This document shows, piece after piece, positions 23,146 to 35,640 of a stretch of DNA of 64,000 nucleotides. The stretch lies in assembly GCA_022605425.2 (NCBI GenBank), contig CM061251.1, positions 186,001 through 250,000 of the forward strand, in the 5' to 3' direction. The notes beneath the pieces are model-generated. The model saw only the letters and a program-made list of their open reading frames with translations, made no database searches and was not told where the DNA came from. The DNA is from Hamiltosporidium tvaerminnensis FI-OER-3-3. Taxonomy: Eukaryota; Fungi; Microsporidia. The number at the start of each line of letters is the position of its first letter. Positions within the stretch are counted from its first letter, which is position 1. The position numbers and the translations under genes are program-made.

Positions 23146-24735
23146 TCATATATTTTTTAGCATCCTATTTGTACGATCAGTCTCTAGTTCAAAGTGGGAG
23201 GCAAATAATTCATTAAACCTGTTTATTCGATCAAGAACAGTGATTTCATCAGATGGATCAAAAAATTGACTTAAAAGGCTTAATGCATAAAATATCGGTT
23301 TTGATCCGAAATTCCCACGAGAGGTAATTTTAAAAGCATCTAATTTGATCAAATATACTGACTTTTCTTCAATATCATTGAGAATCATAGAATAGTTTAA
23401 AGTGTTTTTTTTTCTAATCACATTGAAAACATGATTTAAACGACCAATTATATTAAAAAGAGGCAATTCTAGAGCACTGTTTTTTGTTTCTTTGTTCTGA
23501 ATATATAGAAATAACATTGAATAGTAAAAATTATAATATGTAAATAATGTATATTCTTCTGATATGGGATTTGGTCTTAATTTATTTTTATTTTCATTAA
23601 AAAAATTAATATGCTCCATAAATTCGGCAATTCTTTTAAAGTTTTCAGGTTTAACTTTATACGAAATGTTATTTAGAGAGCAAAATATTTCTCTTATTAA
23701 ATAATTTAAAATTAATAATCGTTCAAAATAAAAGTTGGAATATAAAATATCTTTGGTATCTTTTGAAATAATTTGTAATTCTTTGTATGTATTTTCAGCA
23801 ATAATCATAAGCAAAAATGTAGGCAACATTGAGTCCAAATTCAGAAGGTTAGATGAATTTTTAGAGTTAAATATAAAATTCATGACTATTGCAAATTGAG
23901 GAAAAAAATGATATATTTTATCATTAAAATATTTAAGAAATATTTCAATCAAATACATTGCTGTAACTATATTTATCTCGGCCAATGGCATTTCGGATTC
24001 TATCTCATTGTAAGAATCAAATTTCGAAACCCGAGAAAGTTTTTCCTTTAAAAAAGTTAGACAGCTGTATAAAGTTTTTTCGGCAGACATAGACATTATC
24101 ATTGCTTCGAATTTTATTAAAGACGTATTTTTTGCAACTAAGGCTGGCCTTTTTGATAGTGTTACGAGCCAAAAAACTATAGTTTTTAAATTTTGATTTT
24201 TTAAATCTCCGTTTGTTAAAAACTCTTCTGAGCAGTGCATCATACTATCTAATTCAAAAATTTTATTTTTCTCGAGAATTTCCGATATTTTTGATAGAAA
24301 ATATTCATGTTGTTTATCATCATTAAAGCCAAATTTTCTTTCATTTTTATTAGAGAAAGGACCATCAATTTTTCCAACAGAGTAAGATCTTACATCTTTA
24401 ATTTTGGAATATTTTTCTGTTCGAATTCTAGCTTTTTTAATTGAAAATGAACTGTCGAAAGTTTGTCTTGTAGAATGTTTATAACTAACTGGCCTCTCTC
24501 TTTTGTGAATTGGCCATTTTATTCGTGTTCTTTTACGCACGATAACATTGCTTGCATTTATATATCCGTTAGCTTCATTATTTACCTTATTTTTTTTGTT
24601 GTTTTTAATGTCTGGAATATTAAAATTCGAGATTTTACTAACATTTTCATAATCAACAACCTTTTTTATTGTACGAACAGGAATGTTGGAACTCTGTGAA
24701 ATAGTTAGTAATGTAATTGCTAAAAATAGTTGCAT
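23146..24735 (-). CDS. Secreted lineage-specific family protein, paralog B (529 aa)
   Basis: Signal-peptide-like MQLFLAITLLTISQSS, CCCC motif upstream (CACCCCATAATG), and the same conserved blocks as paralogs A and C. Confidence 0.88.
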   Translation of the reverse strand: MQLFLAITLLTISQSSNIPVRTIKKVVDYENVSKISNFNIPDIKNNKKNKVNNEANGYINASNVIVRKRTRIKWPIHKRERPVSYKHSTRQTFDSSFSIKKARIRTEKYSKIKDVRSYSVGKIDGPFSNKNERKFGFNDDKQHEYFLSKISEILEKNKIFELDSMMHCSEEFLTNGDLKNQNLKTIVFWLVTLSKRPALVAKNTSLIKFEAMIMSMSAEKTLYSCLTFLKEKLSRVSKFDSYNEIESEMPLAEINIVTAMYLIEIFLKYFNDKIYHFFPQFAIVMNFIFNSKNSSNLLNLDSMLPTFLLMIIAENTYKELQIISKDTKDILYSNFYFERLLILNYLIREIFCSLNNISYKVKPENFKRIAEFMEHINFFNENKNKLRPNPISEEYTLFTYYNFYYSMLFLYIQNKETKNSALELPLFNIIGRLNHVFNVIRKKNTLNYSMILNDIEEKSVYLIKLDAFKITSRGNFGSKPIFYALSLLSQFFDPSDEITVLDRINRFNELFASHFELETDRTNRMLKNI

Positions 24736-25399
24736 TATGGGGTGACCTTTATATTTAATTTAATAACAACATTCGCTGTAATTTTTAAACCCCCCGTTCG
24801 CTCGAACCTCTTTATTTTGCTTTACCAGTGGTTTATGGTAAAGCACTGCAGAACATTTTGCGTCCTTCGTTAAAGGTGATTCATCTAAAAAAAATATTTA
24901 TCTATTTTTTGGAAAAGAGTCGTTTTAGAAATTTTGGCAGATAATTAAAAATTAATGAAATAATTGTACAAATAACGTTAAAAATTAAAACATAAAGAAA
25001 TAGAATTTAAAAATAAAAATATAAAAACCGGTTATTTATTAAATTTTCTTTTCATTTCCTTGAACTTGTTTATTTTTCATTTTTTTGTATATTTTGACTG
25101 TTAATATATTAATATTAACTGGATATCTATCTCAAAAAATGTATCATCCACAAAGAAAAAGTCACATGGATTTCATAAAATTGTAGATTTGTTGTAAAAT
25201 GCTTAGTATAGTCACTCTATCTGTAATATCACAAGCAAAATTTATATAATTTTATTTGGCGCTTTCAGTTGTTTTACGTTTTAATCATATAATCAGCAAT
25301 AAGCCTCTTAGTATCAATATTGTCATCATATAAAATATTTTTTTTAATTGATGCTTGTGTTAGACAACACTCATAGATCTAAATGTTTCCTAAAATCTC

Positions 25400-26450
25400 A
25401 CTATATCGTTTTCGGATGCAAAATTATGTTTTATCTAATTTTATATTAGCTTCAGTGAGATTATACTTTTGCTATTTAAATCAATGTTCATTATTGTATT
25501 CTACCAATCCTGATTGATTTATGAGGCTTTACCTGAATATAAATAAAAACTTGATTTGTTTACCTTTGTGTGTTGTTAAATTTAAAATATACAATAGTGT
25601 TTCAAAGTAATCAATTTATTTTTCGTTAAATTTAAACATTTCTTCTTTCCAACGAAAGTTCACGGTCTGGTCACTTTTTTCACAATATCTCGGTTTTTTA
25701 TATTTCTTGTATTCACCGTGGAATATATGATTATTGGCATGTTGAAACGGTTTTTGATCAAAATTTCATTTTTAAAGTCCGTTCCTTTTTCAGACTGTAT
25801 GATCGTTGGAATACCTCACCGCCTAAATCGAGACATTGAATAAGTCAAAATTGTATTTTCTGCCTTTCATTATAGCTTATTACTAATATGTGCTTCACAA
25901 GTACTGATTATATCTAAAATCTAACAGATCCATGATTTTCTATTGGGTATATTCTTAAATGAATGCACTAAATAGAATAAAGATAAATATCTGGACTATT
26001 GATTAAATGAACGCATTCAATAATTTTAATACAAAAAAAATTCCTACACTTAACACATGAATTCACATGATCTATCTATCAGCTGATGGAATTCTGTGAT
26101 TTTTTTTTTGTTTCTTAGATCAGACGTAGGGTAATAAAAATACAAACATGCTGATTTTCTGCCAATATAGGCTCCTTTTTAATTTTTTTTTGACAAACCT
26201 ACAATAATGCTATAAAATTCTTCAATCAGCTTTTTCATAACAAATTTGAACATCCGTTGGATATAATCGATCAAGTAACCTTTTAATGTAGATCTCTGTT
26301 ACTTTGAATGGTCATTTAGGTAGCATTTACCTTTAAAAATGATATATTATTTGCTTTTCTTATTGTTCTGCAGATAAGAGTTCGCCAAAGTTTTTAACCC
26401 GCAGGCCATGTTGACCTCTATAAAAAGTCTCTTGGGTTGAGAAACCATTA
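25400..26450 (-). mobile_element. Decayed rve integrase (Ginger/KRBA2-SCAND3-like) remnant
   Basis: Minus strand reads GIPTIIQSEKGTDFKN (~25770-25817; cf. GxPxIxQSDNGxEFxN) and IFHG...EKSDQTV (~25660-25730; cf. HG.P.HPQSQG.VER.NQT). Boundaries approximate. Confidence 0.5.
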
Positions 26451-27299
26451 GCTTTTATACCATTATATGGAAAAATATTCCTAATTGTTTATTGTTGACA
26501 TTTTAATCAAATACTTAAAGTTCCATACAGACGTTCGAAAAAATAAAAATGTATCCACAGAATATTTTTAAAAAAAAATATTTTAAAAGGTAAATTAGTA
26601 ACACAAAATAAAACGTAAGAAAAAAATAAATTGCGGATTTATATTAAAAAACGTTGAATTCGAAAATACAGATTTATAAATCTTATCATTCCATCTGTAA
26701 TACATAATGGACATCAGTTTAATTTTTTTTAAATTTATACTTTAGCTTTCTTACGTTGATTTACAAGCTTTCAGCTGATAAATCTTTATTTTACGCTTAT
26801 ATAATGGTTTTGCAGGTAATAGTGGCCGTAACATCGGAATAACAAGCCAGAATTGGCATAATTAACGGGCAAACATCCTAAACCACGATCTAGACACAAA
26901 TTATTTCGATTATGAACAAGACCTTGTAATACGAACTAATGTTTGAAATAGAAGATAGACAAACCTTATCATCAGTCCAGAGTTGAATCCTGATCTTACG
27001 TATGAGAGTTTGGTGTCTTTACCCCGCAAAAAGTCAGTTACTTTTCTCAATTATAGACAAAAGGCCACATTGTTATGTCTTTGCCTTTTTTTATTCAAGT
27101 TTAAAATTTACTTTGCAATCCATATTATTATTTTATTTCAAAATAATCCAAACAAAATGCTTATTCGAGTTGTCTAGTAAAAATTTAAGTAAAATATTTT
27201 ATCTAAATAATTTTAATTTTTATTTAGTTGCTTTATAATTAAAGTTTAAAAACTTATTAATTTCATTTATTCAATCAAAAATCTAGGTGTAACCTAGAG

Positions 27300-29330
27300 T
27301 ATTCTTTCGGATTTTTTTTAATTTAATTGAATATAACTACTGACAAATATGAAGATGGTTAGTTTATCCAGAACGTTTATAGAATAATCGAAGTCAATAC
27401 TGTTTTTTTAAGTCAATTAATAGGATAATATGTGCTTTTTACTACTAAGCAATGCCCTCGGGAAAGGATACAAGATAAAACGTCAATAAGAAACGAAAAA
27501 CTCTTAGAATTACTCAAATATACTAGAAATTAAAATTTAGAAATAGATGAAACCTTAAAACGCGGGTATAATCTTAAGAATCGTTGTCTAAGTAAGTAAA
27601 TTCGGAACAAGAAACTGCAACCCAAGGTAGATTTCATGTTAGCTCATTTATTGTCAGAACGTAGTGAACAGTTTATAGACAGTTACTTAATTAGAGATTG
27701 TATTATTGTTGCAACATTAGAAATGTATCCGGAAAATTAATATCTTTAGAAAAATTAGTTTTTCCGCCAGCCCAATAGCAAGAAGTCTAGGCGACGTTCC
27801 AAATAATACTATTAGATAAATATCCAGCAAAAACAGACACTTAGAACAATTTTCCTTGTCTCTGGTGACTAAACACAATTTTCGAATATAACACGGGGTT
27901 TGCTTTTATTTTGAGGATGGATCAGAAAGATGGACTATATAGAGATTTTAGACGGTTATAGCACTTATAGCAAGACTGAACACGAAATATTTCTACATAA
28001 GTCAAGATTTCTTAAAAATAAAAATCTTCGATGGAAAAATTGAAATTTAATTGAAGTAATAACGGAAAAAATACAAGTGTTTTTGCTTTCGATTTAAAGG
28101 CGAGAAAAATGAATTAGTACAAAACCAGGCATAGAGCCTCTTATTTTTTATCAACAGTCGTTGGGTGGAAAATGCTTAGACAACTCTGAAGCTTTAAAAT
28201 TAGTCTTGTCAACAGTTTACTATAGTAAGTCCCATGCCCTAAATCATCGTTGATTCAGAAAGTTTATTAAAATGTTTGGAAAAATTATTTGCAATAACAT
28301 GCTGCAGTTCATTGGCTCAGCTGTGAAAAGGTTTTGTACCAGTATTATAACCTCATAAAATCATCGAAATATCTTTTTACGAAAGATATTGTCACCTTAT
28401 TTAGTTAAAAAGTAAATAATGGCTATAGATGCTGTTTTTTTATACAGATTTAACCGAACATATGGATAATTTCAACTTTAAATTAAATTAAAAATTAGAT
28501 TATGCCTGAAATACATCTATATTGGATCGGTCTGTCAAAAAAATAATATTTTTTAAAACCAAGATAAAAAAAATGTTGCACACATTCCAATCCTGTCATT
28601 TCATTGAGGAGAAAATATAGGGTAAATTTTGAATAAAATTGTAATAGAAACATTAGAAAGTTTCAAAGAACTATTTTGCTTTGTTTCAAATGATATAAAA
28701 AATTGTCAAGTTTCTCTTTTACTGCTGATTTCGAAATCCTAGCCAAGGACTTTGTTTGGAAGTAAAGGTTTTGCCCTTAGTGATATTCTAAAAAACAAAT
28801 ATTAAAAATCATTATCAAAGTAATTTAAACGGTGTATTATAGTCACGCTGTTCATTAATTGTCATAAATTTGCTCAGAGGTTTGTTTTTGCTTTTATCAC
28901 TACCTATACGGGTGAAAACATTCTCTTAAATGAAGTAAACAAAAGTTATATACAAAAAAATAAAAGATAAGCACTCGAAGTCGTTATTTATAATTTCTAA
29001 TTTAAAATTTAATTACATGATAAAAAAATAATTATGACAGTGTTTAACTACATCGATCTCATTAATAATAAATTATGCCACTAATTATTTGTTATTTAAT
29101 TTCGCTTTTTTAGTATTTATCAACAAAATGTGATTAATGGTTTTAAAAACGAATTTCAAAACTGAATTTTTTCCTTTGCAGCACAAATCCATGATGAAAA
29201 TTATCTATTTTTGTAATTTTTTTACATTATTACCTCAATCAAAAACACATATTCTACAAAAAAAAATTTGTGGCAGGCCAAATGCGGTTAATGTCTAAAG
29301 TGCTGCCATGACCCGTAGTTTGCCAACCTT
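27300..29330 (+). mobile_element. Decayed hAT (Buster/SPIN/GTF2IRD2-like) transposon
   Basis: Plus-strand fragments STVYYSKSHALNHR*FRKF (~28210-28265), HAAVHWLSCEKVL (~28297-28336) and AFITTYTGE (~28890-28916) match the hAT motifs LNHRQF, RWLS and STY.CE. The 3' end CCCGTAGTTTGCCAACC resembles a hAT TIR. Confidence 0.65.
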
Positions 29331-30635
29331 TTTCTTTACAATTCCGATATTATTTGGTGGTCTCTCAATCATTTTAATTGTAAAATATTAAGTATGTTTA
29401 AACATATTAGTAATATACTAAAAATAAGATATTGATAAACGTACCGAACGGGGTATGTTTAAAAATTTTCTGACCAGTGATGATGCTTAAGAAGATGATA
29501 TTGATTTGAAAATTAAAAATAGAATTTAAGTGCAGGACAAAGCTTTTGAGTACAAATAATTCTTTTTTTTATTACTGTTTTTGTGAAGAAAACATTTCCA
29601 ATCATTCCAGGATTCATACTAGATAAATTATAAACAAATGGCTATCGTATTTAAACCCAGATATTAATTTCTGGTGTGCAAAATAGTTTAAATTTGAATT
29701 ATACATTAAAGAATTAGTTCATTCTCATGGCAAGGTGAATTCATGAAACCCGACAAACGAGAATAAAATCTATCGAAAGATCGATACAGGGCTCATAAAA
29801 TATGTGACGTACATATAAGAACCTAGCAAGAATAATATAGAATAAAAACGAGCATATATCTTTATAATGAGTGCAAGGAAAAAAGTTAGTTATTTAAATC
29901 CATCTAAGTATATATAGGGAACTAGATACTAAACTTAGAAATAAAAGTTCGTACTGAAGAAATTTTAAAGTAATAACTCATTTAATCCTCTATATTTTCA
30001 CCCCGGGATGATTGTAAGTAGTGAGTTTGATATTTTAATCCGAAATCTTATATATTTCTCTATATAATTCTTAAAACTTGATATAATTCGTATTCTTTCT
30101 TTCTTTAAGAGAAAATATACACATTGCTCAACAATTTCACTATGACATAGCATAGGACACGATTATAGTCAAATAAGGTAAAGTGTATTTAATTATAGAC
30201 GTACCGTAAAGAAATTAGCCATATATGCACTAGATATTATTCAAAATAGGATTAAATTATTCTTTCGATCGGCCAAGAATATTATTGTGATGACGCAATG
30301 CTAAAGAATTTATTGAAAAAATATTAGAGATGTCGTAATATTTGAATGTTCCCAAACTAATTATTAATAACGCATATACACCAGAAAAGTGTAGGTTTTT
30401 AAACTTAATACTAAAATTTTTGAACAATTGAAATTTATAGAACCGCCAAATCCATATAAAGATTCGTCGAAAATACAAAGTTTGAGTCGCATAATAAAAA
30501 GCCATTAAAACAGCTTGGTTAAAACAAAAATAACAAAATAATATATTACTCAGCATTTAAATAGATTTTAAATTTGCTAAAATCATTATTTACCCACTAA
30601 CAATATCAGATAAAAAACTGATTTTTTAGAAACTA

Positions 30636-30787
30636 CAAAAATCTAAATATTTCTTAAATTTAACCCACAAAAAATGTCACATAAGAAGCTTCTTCCATTT
30701 AAAAATTACAAAAATCTAAATATTTCTTAAATTTAACCCACAAAAAATGTCACATAAGAAGCTTCTTCCATTTAAAAACTACAAAAA
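30636..30787. repeat. 73-bp tandem duplication of the promoter and first codons of IES6
   Basis: ACAAAAATCTAAATATTTCTTAAATTTAACCCACAAAAAATGTCACATAAGAAGCTTCTTCCATTTAAAAA occurs twice with period 73. Confidence 0.95.
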
Positions 30788-31082
30788 ATCAAAAATAGGA
30801 AAAAACATAAAATATAGAGGATCTAAACATCTTCTAAAACAATTACAAGAAGAAGGAGCAGAATATTTATTTATGATAAATCAAATAACAAATAAACCAC
30901 TTAAAAAAATATGCGACATAACTGGCTTACCATCTAATTATACATGTCCCAGAACCAATTTAAATTATTATAATGGAGAGGTATATGAATATATAAGAAA
31001 TATTAGACCAGAAATTGTTCAACAATATTTAGATATTAAGAATTCTGGAAAAGAAATGAAAATGTTTAAGAAGACATTTTAA
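30747..31082 (+). CDS. IES6: INO80 complex subunit Ies6 (YL1_C domain)
   Basis: KPLKKICDITGLPSNYTCPRTNLNYYNGEVYEYIR matches the YL1_C motif K.CD.TGL...Y..P...L.Y. 111 aa. AAATTTAACCC upstream. Confidence 0.8.
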   Translation: MSHKKLLPFKNYKKSKIGKNIKYRGSKHLLKQLQEEGAEYLFMINQITNKPLKKICDITGLPSNYTCPRTNLNYYNGEVYEYIRNIRPEIVQQYLDIKNSGKEMKMFKKTF

Positions 31083-31483
31083 CGCATATTTTCAGAATCT
31101 TTAGGATGAAATGCTTAAGAATCCCTTTGATATTTAATTTAATAATTTATTAAATTAGAATTAGTTATCTTTTCAGAAGGTTTTATGTAGAATAATTGAT
31201 TTCATCGTCAAACAATTTAAATAAAATAATTTACATCAAAATATAAATATTTTTATCTAATTTTATCTAAAAATATTTTTTAAGATATTCATATTCATGT
31301 TTGTTAAGGGTTACTTAAAAAGACACTAATTTGTATTTCTTTTTAAATTTTAGATTTTGAATTTCTTATAGACTTTACATCACAAAACTAATATTTTACC
31401 GAATTTATAAAAAATTTAAAAAATAATATTTTGGAGATTGAAAAATTTTTAAAAAAAATAAAAAAATATAAAATCATGACGGT

Positions 31484-32083
31484 TTATTCAATCTTAGAAA
31501 TAAGGTCATTTACTTCCCTTTGGAAAGCCACGGAAGAACGGATTTCATTGATTTCTTTTTGCTTTGCTTCCATTTCAGACTTCTTTCTTTGAATTATTGA
31601 TTCTTGTTCTTTTCTAATCTCATCAAGTAATTTTCCATGCTTCCAACCTATTCTTGAGCAAAGTTGTCCAAAAGAACAAAACTTCTTATCTGGAAAGGTT
31701 CTTCCTACTCCTCTCATAGCTTTTGGACACATCATAAATTCAGTATCAATTAAATCTTGAGGAATACCTTCGAAAATAGTAAGTCTGGAAAGTGCATTTT
31801 TTCCTTTTTTAATTTGATATTGTACCATCCTTTTGACAACTCTGAAAAATAATTTGCTTGGTTCGTGATAATGGAATGGACCTCTTAGTGGATTAATTCT
31901 TGATTTTTTTCTAAGATAATCTTTGTACCATTCGACTGCTTTTTTAAGTGATCGATTGAAGACAACAAGATCAGCATTTACAACTTTTATTGTATAACCT
32001 TCTAAAAGATGTTTTGCTATGAAGGAACCAAGTTTTCCTGCTATATGGTCTTTACCATCTACAACTATTTCTTTAGATATCAT
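31484..32083 (-). CDS. RPL13A: 60S ribosomal protein uL13 (L13a / yeast L16)
   Basis: IVVDGKDHIAGKLGSFIAKHLLEG, NPLRGPFHYHEPSKLF, ALSRLTIFEGIP. TACCCTTAAATG start context. Confidence 0.96.
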   Translation of the reverse strand: MISKEIVVDGKDHIAGKLGSFIAKHLLEGYTIKVVNADLVVFNRSLKKAVEWYKDYLRKKSRINPLRGPFHYHEPSKLFFRVVKRMVQYQIKKGKNALSRLTIFEGIPQDLIDTEFMMCPKAMRGVGRTFPDKKFCSFGQLCSRIGWKHGKLLDEIRKEQESIIQRKKSEMEAKQKEINEIRSSVAFQREVNDLISKIE

Positions 32084-32100
32084 TTAAGGGTATTTTTTGC
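32084..32100 (-). promoter_or_regulatory. Microsporidian CCC-type core promoter motif upstream of RPL13A (representative of the window)
   Basis: AAAAAATACCCTTAA-ATG. Equivalent CCC/GGG motifs lie within ~12 nt of the ATG for RPS12, RPL32, IES6, YAH1, cutA, the methyltransferase, paralogs A and B, and the bHLH gene. Confidence 0.7.
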
Positions 32101-32286
32101 TAGAATATTTTTAAAAAAATATAAAAGAATAAAAATTAGCGGATGTAACGAAATCTGGGTTTTTTTATTTAAAATTGATTTTAACGATATAATAGATTTT
32201 AATAACGATGAAATTATTTTTTGTACAAAATAAAATAATTTTTTAAGTGAATAATATATTTTATTCTTTAATTACAATTATAGGTG

Positions 32287-32980
32287 GAGGGAGGATAACC
32301 ACATAAAAAACTTTCTGCTTTCAATGAGTATGTGAAATTGAAGTGATGGCTATTGTTTGGATTTTTAGTGGGAATAAAACCACACTACATCTTTGGTTCT
32401 TCCATGGGAATTTTATGAGGAGAAGAGGTCTAAGAAATGGAGAAACTTTTTCTACAAATTTATTTGTAGTTTTTTATGTAAGTAGAATGCAGACCGCAGC
32501 TAAAATAATAGGTAATTTCCATGTAAAAGCATGAAAACCTAGCCTTGCTCACTCGGGTTAGAAGACTTAGCGCCTGGGAGATATAAAAAATAAAACCCTT
32601 TAAAGCCAGGAGAGCTAGATGAAAAGTTATACCTGTTGGTATGACATTGCACTGTCTAGGTGGACACTATGTAAGTCTCTGAAATATATCTTAGCTAGAA
32701 GTTTATTGGGTTCAGAGTGTGTAGAGTAAGTAAAATGCTGCAAAATCTTAGTGGAGCCTAGAGTGGGTTCCGACCTTCGACAACACATCATGCAACGGAT
32801 ATTTACAATTTCGGGCAACTGCCTCGCCTATCAATTGGGTTCTACAGACTTTTTAGATGAAAGGCTTTGGAATCTAGGTATCGCTGGAGGTACTGATTGA
32901 GCGTTGGGGTATAAATTTTTTATGTTAAACCTAGAACTGCGTTAATGTCATTACAATAATCTAACCTTGTCACTGTTTTA
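32287..32980. repeat. Unclassified ~0.68-kb dispersed repeat, copy A
   Basis: Collinear with ~47190-47835 and 48768-49466. Shared blocks TTTGGATTTTT, TATCTTAGCTAGAA, ATGCTGCA, TAGATGAAA and TTTATGTTAA.CCTAGAA. GC-richer than the flanks. Confidence 0.9.
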
Positions 32981-33378
32981 AAAAAAGGGGTGTTTAAAAA
33001 AATTTTCAAAGTCAAAAAAAATTCTAAGCCGAAAAAATGCAATAACAATTCATACGTTGACTATAAAAATAGACACAGTAAAAGAAAAAAGATATAAAGT
33101 CCACAAAATCTTCGATTATTGAATCATTTATTATTTATAAAAAAAAATTAAAATGATCTCATAATTCAAAATATGAAAAATCTCTTAAATAATGAAAACA
33201 GATTATTTAGAAAAAATATGACACAATGTAAAAAACATAAAGCAAACCAACCAAATTATAAATAATTTATAACCACCTAACCCTTTTGTTTTATCTTCAT
33301 TACATATATAATACATTACTTCTCGTATCTTTCTACCCCGTCACTTCAATATTATTATTCAAGACATTTATCCCTTGT

Positions 33379-33774
33379 ATGCTCAAAAATTTGGGTGGAT
33401 TTCCGTTTGAAAAGATAAAAAATACGATAAACGTTATTTTTAAACAATCAGAAAATACAAAAAACATAAAAGCACAACAAGGCGATACAATACTATCAAC
33501 AGCTCACAAAAACAATATAGACCTTGAAGGTGCATGTGAAGGTAATTTGGCGTGTTCAACATGCCATGTGATATTATCCAAACAACTTTATAATAAGTTG
33601 GATGAACCGACAGATAGAGAATATGATTTGCTGGACCAAGCATTTAGTCAGACTTCTACTTCTCGCCTTGGGTGTCAGCTAAAAATCGACGATCGTTATA
33701 CCAACGAAATTATTGTTTTACCGAGTGCAACACGAAATTTTTCTGTAGATGGATATAAACCAAAACCACATTGA
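33379..33774 (+). CDS. YAH1: Mitosomal [2Fe-2S] ferredoxin (adrenodoxin/Yah1 type), 131 aa
   Basis: LEGACEGNLACSTCHV, EYDLLD and SRLGCQ motifs. Start moved from TTG 33286 to ATG 33379, which follows TCCCTTGT. Confidence 0.95.
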   Translation: MLKNLGGFPFEKIKNTINVIFKQSENTKNIKAQQGDTILSTAHKNNIDLEGACEGNLACSTCHVILSKQLYNKLDEPTDREYDLLDQAFSQTSTSRLGCQLKIDDRYTNEIIVLPSATRNFSVDGYKPKPH

Positions 33775-34012
33775 AAGTTTATAGAAGAGAGGAATCAGCA
33801 ATAAGGATACAAATTAGAAAGTACAATGTATTTATAGATTAAAGGTAACATAAAAGATCTAAAAAACGGCTGTATTAGTATTAAATGACTATATGGTAGT
33901 AATTTTATCTTAATACCTTTTGAATTATAATTTGTCTATAAAAGAGGTAGTAATTTGAAGGTGTTATTTATTAAATATTTATTTAGGTGAAGGGTTGTTA
34001 ATTTATGATTGT

Positions 34013-34150
34013 AAAGGTACATTTGTTTAAAATCTAATAGTAGAGAATAAAAGGGGTTTAAATGCACTTTCGAAGATTCGGTTTTTCTATTTAAAGGTAT
34101 ATTTGTTTAAAATCTAATAGTAGAGAATAAAAGGGTTTAAATGTATTTTT
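34013..34150. repeat. Two-copy local duplication, period 80 bp
   Basis: AAAGGTAYATTTGTTTAAAATCTAATAGTAGAGAATAAAAGGG at 34013 and 34093. Confidence 0.85.
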
Positions 34151-34602
34151 AAAATCAATTTGATGTAATTTAATTGTGATGTAATATTAAAAGTTTATTG
34201 ATTAAATAGTAACGAATATTTTTAAAAAATTAAATTTTAAGATTACTTCATTGATATAAATAGAAGTTAAAAAACATGAAAATATATTAAAAGAATTCAT
34301 TAAAATTAATTATTAGATAAATAAATTTGATTTTAATATAATTACTGATAAGAAATTATTATTGAAAATATAAATTATTAGATAAATAAATTTGATTTCA
34401 ATAACTATAATTAGTGATAAGAAATTATCATTAAAAATCTTAAGTATAGAAATAACATGATATTTGAATAAGAGTAAATATAATAAAAAGAGAATATAAA
34501 GTAATTATAAAGAGATATAAGTTTAAAAGAAGGTGGAGATAAGCTAATATAAAGTTATTGTTTGTATGGAAAGGGGTCATTTATTAAGAGCAATAGTACA
34601 GC

Positions 34603-34920
34603 TTATACTTGTCTGGTAGCTTCTTTCATCCAGCGCTTGTATTTTCTAGTAACATAATCAAGTTTATAGCAAATAAACTGTGGTGTCTCATATGAATGGA
34701 GTCGAGAAATGATTTTTTCAATTTTTAAAATTAATTTTCTAAACGTTTTTATACTTAAAAGAATTTCTTCTGAGGATTCTAGGTTTCCTTTCCATGGATA
34801 TGAAGATTTTATTTTGTATTCTTGTATACAGGCAACTAATTGCTTGGTGAAAAGTTCACTTTTTATTTTTTCAGCTTCTTCTTCATCTTTAACTGTTATT
34901 TGTATTATTACTGGTGTCAT
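34603..34920 (-). CDS. cutA: CutA divalent-cation tolerance protein
   Basis: 105 aa with LVACIQ, SSYPWKG, E..L.IKT, LHSYETP and Y..W, the canonical CutA1 motifs. AAAATTGCCCC upstream. Confidence 0.93.
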   Translation of the reverse strand: MTPVIIQITVKDEEEAEKIKSELFTKQLVACIQEYKIKSSYPWKGNLESSEEILLSIKTFRKLILKIEKIISRLHSYETPQFICYKLDYVTRKYKRWMKEATRQV

Positions 34921-35414
34921 TTTATTTTTGGGGCAATTTTATATTTTTAGGTAAATTTGTTGGTGAAAAAAAGAAAATTTGTTTTGAATAATTTAAAAGC
35001 GATATTGTGCAGTAAAATCTTTCGAATTTTAGTTTTTAAAATATATAAATGCAAATTATGAAAACTACAATAAAATTATTAAAAATATTTGAGTTTTTAT
35101 TCAAATATTTTATAAGGAAAAGTTTTTTAAATAAAAATTCTACAAATTTAATTTATCATTAATAGTTTATGGTTTAATATCATTAAAATATTTGCATTTT
35201 ATACAATAAATTTTTTGTAAATATTAGCTATAAAAATATATTAATGAAATAGGATGGAAAAGTATATATTCTATCTTTGGATAATATATTTCCTAAAATG
35301 AAATAAAGATCCAAACTTTAAGTATTTTTTTAAATATTGATAAAAGCTAAATAAATTAAGATATTAAATAAATTAAATAACAGTATTTTATAATAAAAAA
35401 AAGTTAATCATTTT

Positions 35415-35640
35415 TAGTATTAAATTCAATTATATTAATGAAACAGGTATTTGTATGCGTGTCTTATATAAAGAAGATTTAAATTTTTTATTATTAAATT
35501 TAATTATATTAATGAAACAGGAATTTGTATGCGTGCCTTATATAAAGAAGATTTAAATTTTTTATTATTAAATTCAATTATATTAATTAAATAAGAAATT
35601 ACATATATGTCTTTATAAAGAAGATTTAAATTTTTTATTA
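35415..35640. repeat. Three-copy tandem repeat, period 74 bp
   Basis: TATTAAATTYAATTATATTAAT...AAAGAAGATTTAAATTTTTTATTA repeated three times with a few substitutions. Confidence 0.9.

Noticed and set aside
29470-29560. Possible C/D-box snoRNA (GTGATGA)
   Set aside because: No CTGA D box or terminal stem at a suitable distance.
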